NCBI RefSeq assembly: GCF_020745735.1
Contig: NW_026867441.1
Location: forward strand, 1-64,000
Direction of reading: 5' to 3'
DNA: 64,000 nt
From: Hemiscyllium ocellatum
Taxonomy: Eukaryota
Shown here: piece by piece, positions 51,340 through 60,129 of the stretch
How the letters are laid out: the number at the start of each line of letters is the position of its first letter
Position numbering within the stretch: position 1 is the first letter of the stretch
Notes under the pieces: model-generated
What the model was told of the DNA's origin: nothing
Database searches by the model: none
What the model saw: only the letters and a program-made list of their open reading frames with translations
Position numbers and translations under genes: made by a program

Positions 51340-53130
51340 CCAAAGGGACATTACAAATACATTAAGGACAAAAGGGTAACTAGGGAGAGATTAGGGCCGC
51401 TCAAAGATCAGCTCGGTGGCCTTTGTTTGGAGCCGCAGGAGATGGGGGAGATACTGAACTAGTATTTTGTGGAAAAGGAAATGGGTGATATAGAATGGAG
51501 GGAAATAGATAGTGACGCCTTGAAAAATGGCCATATATCAGGGGAGGAAGTGCTGGATGTCTTGAAACGCATAAAAATGGATAAATCCTCAGGATCTGAT
51601 CAGGTGTCCCGTAGATCTCTATGGGAAGCTTGGGAAGTGATTGCTGGGCCTCTTGCTGAGATATTTGTATCATCAATAGTCACAGGTGAGGTGCTGGAAG
51701 TCTGGAAGTTGGCTAATGTGGTGCCACTGTTTAAGAAAGTTGGTAAGGACAGGCCAGGGAACTATAGACGAGTGAGCCTGACGTCTTGGTGAGCAAGTTG
51801 TTGTAGGGAATTCTGAGGGACTGGATGTACATGTATTTGGAAAGGCAAGGACTGATTAGGGATAGTCAACATGGCTTTCTGCCTGGAAAATCATGTCTCA
51901 CAAACTTGATTGAGTCTTTTGAAGAAATAACAAAGAGGATTGATGAGGGCAGAATGGTAGACGGGATCTATACGGACTTCAGTAAGGCGTTCAACAAGAT
52001 TCCCCATGGGAGACTGGTTAGCAAGGTAAGATCTCACCGAATACAGGGAGAACTGGCCATTTGAATACAGAAATGGCTTAAAAGTAGAAGACAGAGGGTG
52101 GTGTTGGAGAGTTGTTTTGCAGATTGGAGGCCTGTGACCAGTGGAGTGCCACAAAGATCATTGCTACTTTTCATCATTTATATAAATGATTTGGATGTGT
52201 GCTAAAGAGGTAGAGTTAGTAAGTTTGCAAATGACACCAAAATTGGAGGTGTAGTGGACATCGAAGAAGGTTACCTCAGATTACAATGGGATCTTGATCA
52301 GATGAGCCAATGGGCTGAGGAGTGGCAGATGGAGTTTGATTCAGATTAATGCTCCATTTTGGGAAAGCAAAACTTAGCAGGACTTATACACTTAATGGTA
52401 AGGGTGTTTTGCTGAACAAAGAGACCTTGGAGTGCAGGTTCATAGCTCCTTGAAAGTAGAATCGCAGGTAGATAGGATAGTGAAGAAGGTGTTTGGTATG
52501 CTTTCCTTTATTGTTCAGAGTATTGAGAGCAGGGGTTGGGAGGTCATGTTGTGGCCTAACAGGACATTGCTTAGACCAAGTTTGGAATATTCTGTGCAAT
52601 TCTGGTCTCCTTCCTTTCAGAAGGATGTTGTAAAACTTGAAAAGGTTCAGAAAAGATTTAAAAGGATGTTGCCAGGGTTGGAGGATTTGAGCTATAGGAA
52701 GAGGTTGAATGGGCTAGGGCTGTTTCCCTTGGAACGTTGTAGGCTGAGGAATGGCCTTTTGGGGGCTTACAAAATCATGAGGGGCATAAATAAGGTAGAT
52801 AGACAAAGTCTTTTCCCGGGGGTAGGGGAGTCCAGAACTTGAGAGGTTACGTTTAGGGTGAGAGGGGAAAGATATAGAAGAGTATTGAGGGGCAACGTTT
52901 TCATGCATCAGGTGGTACGTCTATGGAATGGGCTGTCAGAGGAAGTGGTGGAGGCTGGTACAATTACAACATTTAAAAGACATCTGGATGGGCATATGAA
53001 TAGGAAGGGTTTGGACGGATATGGGCCGGGTGCTGGCAGGTGGGACTAGATTACGTTGGGATATCTGGTCGGCATGGATGTGTTGAACCAAAGGGTCTGT
53101 TTCCGTGTTGTATATCTCTCTGACTCTATG
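51340..53130 (+). mobile_element. CR1 ORF2 fragment through the 3' end
   Basis: [48 protein letters not shown]. Confidence 0.88.
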
Positions 53131-53914
53131 ACTCTAAGCTGGGAGAGTTTAGATATGGGATGAGCAGGAATAAAGGTTTCTGTGGTCAAGGGGCTGATGT
53201 AATGCATAGACGATCAATCTTGTGGAGATTGAAATAGAAGACCTCGTGATGGAGAGGATGTGGGGTTTGAAGTTCCAATATGGAGGGCCAGTGAGAAAGA
53301 GGCCCGTGCTCACTGCTGTCCATTAGACATCCCAGTGGGATGGAGGCCCATGGTTACTGATCTCTGTTGGATGGCCCAGTGGGAATGAGGTCCAGGTTTA
53401 TTGGCGTCTTTTGGAGAGTCCAGATGGAAGGAGGCCCATGTTTACTGATCTCTGTTGGAGGTTCCAATTGAGTTCCATGGAATTGGAATGTTGGCATTTC
53501 TTACAGCAATTGGAATCTTGGTATTTATTATAAAAGGACTGGATTACAGAATTAAGGAAATATTGTTACAATTCTGTGAGGCATTGGTGAGACCACATCT
53601 GAAGTATTGTGTCCAGTTTTGGTCTCCTTATTTGATGAAGGATATGGTGGCACTGGATGCAGTTCAGAGGATATTCACCAGACTGATTCCCGGGATGAAA
53701 GGGCTGTCGTATGAGGAATAGTTGAATAGCTTGGGCTTATACTCACTGGAATTCAGTCACATGACAGGGGACCTGAGAGAGGTAAATAAGATGCTAAAGG
53801 GGACTGATAAGTCAGACATGGAACAGATGTCCCTCCTGTGGGACAGTCTCGAACAATAGGTCATAGATATAGAATGGGTGAGGTAGGTTCAAAACTGTGA
53901 TGTGGATAAACTAC

Positions 53915-54260
53915 AATGGCATGGTGGTGCAGTGTTAGCACTACTGCCTCACAGTTCAGGGAGCTGCGTTTGATCCCACCCTTGGGCAGCTGTGTGGAGT
54001 TTGTAGATTCTCCCCCTATCTGTGGGGGTTTTATCTGGGTGCTGCTCCCACAGTTGAAAGATGTATGTACTTGGAGGATTGGCTATGCTAAATTTCCCAT
54101 TGTGTTCAGGGATGTGTAGGTTAGGTTCATTAGTCATGGGAAATGTAGGGTTACAGGGAAAGGGTAAGGGGATGGGTCTGGGTGGAATGCTCTTTGAAGG
54201 GCCGCTATGGACCTGTTGGGCCAAATGACCTGTCTCTATACTGAAGGGATTCTATTCTAT
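53915..54260 (+). mobile_element. Older SINE copy
   Basis: Degenerate head GGTGGTGCAGTGTTAGCACTACTGCCTCACAG and central domain. Confidence 0.8.
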
Positions 54261-54429
54261 TGTAAGGCGTTCTCTCAGAGGGTTGAGAATCTGTGGAAGT
54301 CACTGCCCCCAGAGCACAGTGGAGGCAAAGTCAATCAACAGATTCAATAAAGAAGCAGATATCTTTCTGATGAAAAGCAGGATAGAGGGCAATAGGGAGC
54401 AGTCTGGAAAGTGGAGAGGAGGATAAGGT

Positions 54430-55275
54430 CAGGCAAGATCAGGGCTCGAAGGACTGAATTATCTCTTCCTGGTCCTCATTCCAAAGTTGGAGGGAAGGAA
54501 GCTGAGAGTGTGAGAGATAGATGGAGGTAAGGGTAATGGAGATCGGTCGGAGAGGAGGGTGGAGAGGATAGGTGGGAAGGAAGATTGACAGATGGGACAG
54601 GTCATGTGGGGACAGATGGGACAGTGCCGAGTTGAAAGATTGAAACTAGGATAAGATGGGGAGAGGGGAAACGTGGAACCTGGTAAAATTCACATTGATG
54701 CCGTGGGGTTGGAGGGTCCTGAGGCAGAAGATGAGGTGTTCTTCCTCCAGGTGTCGGGTGGCTAGGAAGTGGTGATGTAGGAGGCCCATGACCTACATGT
54801 CCTTGGCAGAGTAGGAGGCAGAGTTGAAGTGTTTGGCCAGGGGGCGGTGAGGTTGGTTGGTGCGAGTGTCCGGAGAAGTTCTCTGAAGCATTCTGCTCGA
54901 AGACATCCTGTCTCCTCAATTAGAAGAGACCGCATTGGGAGCAACGGATACAGTAAATGACACATGTGGAAGTGCAGGTGGAACTTTGATGGATGTGGAA
55001 GGCTCCTTTGGAGTTTTGGACAGAGATAAGGGGGGTGTTGTGGGCTCAGGTTTCTTTGGTGGCAGGGGAAGGTGCCGAGTGGGGACGGTGGATTGGTGGT
55101 GGACCTGATGAGTGAGTCACAGAAGGAATGGTCTTTATGGAAAGCGGATAGGGATGGGAAGGGAAATATATCTCTGTTGCTGGCATCTGTTTATAGGTGG
55201 CAGAAATAACGGAGGATGATGCAATGTATACGAAGGTCAGTGGGGTGGAAGGTGAGGACCAGGAGGGTTCTTACC
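54430..55275 (-). mobile_element. Penelope-like fragment (second family)
   Basis: Reverse-complement similarity to about 49150-49900. Confidence 0.8.
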
Positions 55276-55679
55276 TTGACAGTAAAACTGGAGCTTGACC
55301 ATGGAAGGGGAAGGAGAGGAGAAGGTATTGGAACATGTTATGAATGGACAGGATGGGTCAGTGGGTCAGAACCTGTCCTGTCCCTCCAATTCACACTCAT
55401 GGCCTGAGGATCTCCTCTCTCTGCTGAGCCTTCATGGAATGAGGTTTGCGTCTGAACCAGTCCCCAGTGAGAATAAGCCAACAGCACTAAACTGCCCTTC
55501 ATTTGGCAAGAATATGTCTGTCTTCCTGAGAGATACCAAAGCCTGGTCAATGTGGGAAATGGGACCTTCCTCCAGGAGAAGACATGCTTCTGGGGTCAAG
55601 GGTTAACACCTATTGGTGGTTCAGAGCAGAGGGAGATTTACCCTGTATTTAACTGTTACCACCTGGGATGTTGTGGGAA

Positions 55680-55985
55680 ATAAAGAGAGAGGGAGATAGA
55701 GTAAGACAGAGAGAGAAAGAGAGAGAGGGAGAGGGCCATTTGGAGAGAGAGAGTGAGAGAGAGAGAGGGAGAGAGAGAAGGACAGGGTGTGAATGAGATA
55801 GAGGTAGAGTGAGCCTGAGGAAATGTAAGATGAGCAAAAGTAGAGAGGGAGAGGGACAGAGAGTTAGAGGGAGGTAGAGATGGTGGGGTTGAATAATAGA
55901 AACAGAGAGAAAGAGAGAGAGAGAGAATGAGATAGAGTATGAAACAGTGTGACTGAGGGAGAGGAGAGAGAGAGAGAGAGAAAGA
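55680..55985 (+). repeat. GA-rich simple repeat tract (module C)
   Basis: (GA)n runs. Confidence 0.9.
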
Positions 55986-56323
55986 TGCAAAGTAGGTGTG
56001 AGACTAGGAGTAAAGAGAATCTAGTGAAAGAGACATTATGAGAAGGATATGACTGTACTCGAGAGGATGCAGAGATTTCCCAGGATGCTGCCTGGCCTGG
56101 AGGGTCTGAGCTGTGAGGAAGGATTGGAAAGGCTGTGTTTGTTTATCTTGGAGCAGTGAAGGTTGAAAGGGGACCTAATAAAGAGCTATAAGATTATGAG
56201 GGGCAGAGATATAGTGGACAAGAAGTCAATTTTTCCATGAATAGAGGAATCAATACCCAGGGGCAGAGATTGAAGATATCACAGACGTACATAGATAGAA
56301 ACAGGGAGCAGGAGTAATGTTCT

Positions 56324-57302
56324 GGTTAGGGTACGGGTTAGGTTACGGGTTAGGGTTTGGGTTTGGTTAGGGTTCGGGTTAGGTTTTGGGTTAGAGTTTG
56401 GGTTAGAGTTGGGGTAGGGGTTGGGGTTGGGGTTGGGGTTGGGGTTTGGGTTTGGGTTTGGGTTGCGGTATAGGTTAGGTTTAGGGTTGGGGTTAGGGTT
56501 AGCGTTTGGGTTTGGGTTCAGGTTAGGGTTTGGGTTCGGGTTTGGGTTTGTGTTAGGGTTCGGGTTTGAGTTAGGTTTTGGGTTAGAGTTTGGGTTATGG
56601 TTGGGGTTGGGGTTGGGGTTTGGGTTTGGGTTAGGGTTAGGGTTAGGGTTACGGTTTAGGTTAGGGTATGGATTAGGGTTCGGGTTCAGGTTCGNNNNNN
56701 NNNNNNNNNNNNNNNNNNNNNNNNNNNNNNNNNNNNNNNNNNNNNNNNNNNNNNNNNNNNNNNNNNNNNNNNNNNNNNNNNNNNNNNNNNNNNNNNNNNN
56801 NNNNNNNNNNNNNNNNNNNNNNNNNNNNNNNNNNNNNNNNNNNNNNNNNNNNNNTGGGTAAGGTTTCAGGTTCAGGTTCGGGTTAGGGTTGGGTTTTGTG
56901 TTAGGGTTAGGGTTAGCGTTTGTGTTCGGGTTAGGATTAGGGTTTGGGTTTGGGTTAGGGTATGGGTTAGGGTTAGGGTTAGGGTTTGGGTTAGGGTATG
57001 GGTTAGGGTATGGGTAAGGTTTCAGGTTCAGGTTCCGGTTAGGGTTGGGTTTTGTGTTAGGGTTAGGGTTAGGGTTTGTGTTCGGGTTAGGATTAGGGTT
57101 TGGGTTTGGGTTAGGGTATGGGTTAGGGTTAGGGTTTGGAATTAGGGTTAGGGTTTGGGTTAGGGTTAGGGTTAGGGTTAGGGTTTGGGTTAGGGTACGG
57201 GTTAGGGTTCGGGTTCAGGTTCAGGTTAGGGTTGGGTTCTGGGTTATGGTTAGTGTTAGGGTTAGTGTTCGCGTTAGGATTAGGGTTTAGGTTTGGGTTT
57301 GG
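56324..57302 (+). repeat. Interstitial degenerate telomeric (TTAGGG)n array
   Basis: TTAGGG with variants TTTGGG, TTCGGG, TTGGGG, TATGGG. G-rich on the plus strand on both sides of the gap. Confidence 0.93.
56695..56854. other. Assembly gap (160 N)
   Basis: Run of n; true size unknown. Confidence 0.99.
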
Positions 57303-57424
57303 TCTTGTGAGGCTGCTCTGTCATTCAATATGATCCTGGCTGATCCTCTCCCTCAATGCCAAGGTGGGATTAGCGTTAATGACTTTTGCAAGTTGTTCAA
57401 TGCTGTTCATGTCATTGAGCTTCT

Positions 57425-57455
57425 GATTGAGAGATAGAGAGACAGAAGACAGAGA

Positions 57456-57499
<44 letters not shown>

Positions 57500-57719
57500 A
57501 CAAGTGCACATTGTGAGATTGAGTGAGAGAGGGCGAGGCATTTAGCTGCTGCCCCATGACTCAGTGTTCCAATGTTCTGGAACAACACCTGCTATAGAGA
57601 TCAGTTAGAGAGTGACTGGAGGGAGAGAGACAAGGATGGAGTGAGGCAATGAGAGATTGTGGGGGCGAGTGAGGAAACAGGTAGAAAGATAAGTGATGGA
57701 GAGGAATGGATGATCAGAC

Positions 57720-57750
<31 letters not shown>

Positions 57751-57900
57751 CCAACCAATACAGAAGGAAAGGGAGATCAAAAGAATAAGAGGGAGTAAGT
57801 CAATGAACAACAGGATTATATTCAAGAGAAAGGTGAAAAAGAGATAGAAGGGAAAAGGGTGGGAGGAACTAGGGAAGGATGAGAGAGAGAGAGAGTAAAA
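57425..57900 (+). repeat. Purine-rich (GA)n tract directly upstream of the V2 promoter
   Basis: Several (GA)n runs in strongly purine-skewed sequence. Confidence 0.85.
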
Positions 57901-57902
57901 AC

Positions 57903-57998
57903 AGGAAGTGTGAGGGGCTGACGTGGCTCTCTCTGCCTGATGCCATTTACATACTGAGGAACACCCAGTCAGACTCACACAGGCTGCAGCTTTATAAA
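57903..57998 (+). promoter_or_regulatory. V2 promoter: ETS site, CRE-like site, variant octamer, TATA
   Basis: AGGAAGTG 57903-57910, TGACGTGG 57919-57926, ATTTACAT 57945-57952, TTTATAAA 57991-57998. Confidence 0.75.
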
Positions 57999-58058
57999 GC
58001 AGAGCCCAGTGAAGGGAGAGTTTATCAGGAACCAGGCACAGGGACAGGAGCACACACC

Positions 58059-58107
58059 ATGATTTCACACATCCAGCTGATCTGGCCCCTGGCATTCTGT
58101 GTCGCAG
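58059..58107 (+). CDS. IGKV: Ig kappa-type light chain leader exon, unit 2
   Basis: ATG 58059, MISHIQLIWPLAFCVA-G, GT donor 58108, 186-nt intron ending in AG at 58292-58293. Confidence 0.93.
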
Positions 58108-58293
58108 GTACAAATCTCTCTCCTTCCACCTTGAATCTTTAGCTGCTCTCCATTTCACTCCAATTCCACTGACTTGTGATTGAAGGGAAAATGCTGAAAC
58201 CAGAGGAATGCTCAGTGTCTCCAACAATCTCTCATTTGACTGGCTCTTTCTGTGACAGTTCTGACTTCACTGTGTTTCTCTCTGACCCCTCAG

Positions 58294-58592
58294 GTATCAG
58301 TGGGGACATCATGACCCAGTCTCCCCCGGTGCTGTCAGTGGAACTGGGCCAGACCGCAACCATCACCTGTAAATCCAGTCAGAGTGCCAGTGGTGATGTT
58401 GAATGGTTCCAGCAGCGGGAAGGACAGAAACCCTCTCTCCTGATCTACAATGCTGCATCACTATTCACAGGAGTCTCAAACAGATTCACCGGGACAGAAG
58501 TGTCCAGCACACATTTCACCCTGACAATCAGCAACGTTCAGAATGAGGATGTCGCTGATTATTACTGTCAGCAAAGTGAGAGCTTCCCTTGG
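58294..58592 (+). CDS. IGKV: Ig kappa-type V exon, unit 2, unrearranged, open frame
   Basis: [100 protein letters not shown]. Canonical Cys/Trp/Cys and a kappa-like QQxxxxP CDR3 start. Confidence 0.95.
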
Positions 58593-58620
58593 CACAGTGA
58601 TACAGAGCCGTACAAAAACC
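58593..58620 (+). other. V2 12-bp-spacer RSS, consensus
   Basis: CACAGTG 58593-58599, ATACAGAGCCGT (12 nt), ACAAAAACC 58612-58620. V-12/J-23 is the kappa-type configuration. Confidence 0.95.
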
Positions 58621-59107
58621 TCGATACACATAGTCCCACCTCCTCTACTGACACATCCCACAATTATATATATTTAATATATAATAGAGAACATACACAT
58701 GCACCTCCTGTATTGACAAATCCACAGTTAAAGATAAATGAAACTGAACAAATTACCCCATGCAGGGATTGTCACTGTCCACGACACACTCCAGTCCCTG
58801 TAGTGTCCACCGCTCACTGAAGGCCTCAAGTTTCCCTCTTACACTCCATGGCCACATGTGAAGAGCAGCTGCAAGATTTAACATCAAAATATAAAGTTCA
58901 CAAACCTCCTGAACCCAGCTGGACTCAACCCAGAGAGAGAGAGAGAGAGAGAGAGAGTGAGAGAGAGAGAGGGAGAAAGAGAGAGAGAACGAAACAGAAT
59001 GAGAAAAAAACAGAAAAACATGAATGACAAAGAGAAGGTGAGAGTAAGTGAGAGACAGAGAGAGACAGAGAGAGGTTGACAGTGATAAGAGAGAAGCAGA
59101 GAGCTGA

Positions 59108-59146
59108 TGTTTTTGTACAGCCTCTGTACTGGGAGCTCTCACTGTG
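59108..59146 (+). other. J2 23-bp-spacer RSS, one nonamer mismatch
   Basis: TGTTTTTGT 59108-59116 (consensus GGTTTTTGT), 23 nt, CACTGTG 59140-59146. Confidence 0.93.
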
Positions 59147-59181
59147 GCTTACGTTCGGTAAAGGAACCAAACTCCGACTGA
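59147..59181 (+). CDS. IGKJ: Ig light chain J segment, unit 2 (LTFGKGTKLRL-S)
   Basis: G CTT ACG TTC GGT AAA GGA ACC AAA CTC CGA CTG A, then GTAAGT donor 59182-59187. Confidence 0.95.
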
Positions 59182-59526
59182 GTAAGTCAACCCTTTCAAT
59201 ATCAAACTTGCTAAAACACAAATGCTGAATTGTTGAAGGTGTTAGTGGGGAGCTGCAGTGAATGAAATGGTTGATTGAGGAGCACTGTGTTTAACAGGGT
59301 GTCCAGCTGTATTTCTTTAGTTCCATTGCCCCCTTTAAGCAAGACAGAAGTCAGGAAGTTTACTCACCGTGTGGAGGAGCTCTGTCCATTTGCAGCCTGT
59401 GGTCCCATTCCTGCAGCATGGAGTGAAATCAGTGAGTAGCCTCCTGCCAGTCTCAGTGTGACGGACACGGGGCAGAGTTTGATGTGAGCTCTGGCTCCCT
59501 GTCCCAGTCTCTGATCTCACTGACCT

Positions 59527-59568
<42 letters not shown>
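59527..59568 (+). repeat. (CAG)14 microsatellite downstream of J2
   Basis: Direct count. Confidence 0.9.
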
Positions 59569-59570
<2 letters not shown>

Positions 59571-60129
59571 CAGTGAGACACCGAGCTCCCACCTCCACCA
59601 GCTTTAACTCTACTCAATCACACAATCACAAAACTGTTACAGTGCAAAAGGAGACCATTCTGCCCATCCCATCTGTACTGGCTCTCTGAATGAGCAATTG
59701 ACTAAGTGTCATTCTCCTGCCTTCTCCCTGTCACCCTGCACATTGTTCCTTTTCAAATAACAGTCTCATTCCCTTCAGAATGTTTCAATTGAAGCTGCCT
59801 CCACCACACTCTCAGGCAGTGCATTCCACACCTTAACCACTTGCTTCATGAAAATGTTTTTCCTTGTCTCACTTCTGCTTCTTCTACCAATTACTTTCAA
59901 TCTGTGGCTCTCGCTCTCAATCCTTTAATGAGAGGGAACATTTTCTCCCTGTTTACTCTGTCCAGACCCCTCCTGATGTTGAATTCCTCAAACAAATCTC
60001 CTCTCAGCCTTCTCTTCTCCAAGGAAGACAGTCTGAACTTCTCCAATATATTTTCATAACTGACGTTCCTCATCCCTGAGCCTTCCATGGGAATTTTCTG
60101 TCATGCCATCTGCAAAATATTCATATCCT

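Noticed and set aside
56324-57302. Telomere-telomere chromosome fusion site
   Set aside because: No head-to-head TTAGGG/CCCTAA switch is visible and flanks on both sides belong to one interrupted CR1 tail. A switch hidden in the gap would still require a second switch back.
56421-57333. Gly/Leu/Phe- and Val/Arg-rich ORFs
   Set aside because: Translations of the telomeric hexamer array, not genes.
58176-58820. ORF-track proteins starting [12 protein letters not shown] (also 5788-6210)
   Set aside because: The N-terminal part is leader intron read in frame and the C-terminal part is RSS read-through; the real product is spliced from the leader exon.
58294-59181. Assignment as lambda, sigma, TCR or IgNAR
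   Set aside because: V-12/J-23 RSS polarity, a QQxxxxP CDR3 start, no D segment, and recalled similarity to NS4-type sequences favour kappa. A phylogeny would confirm.
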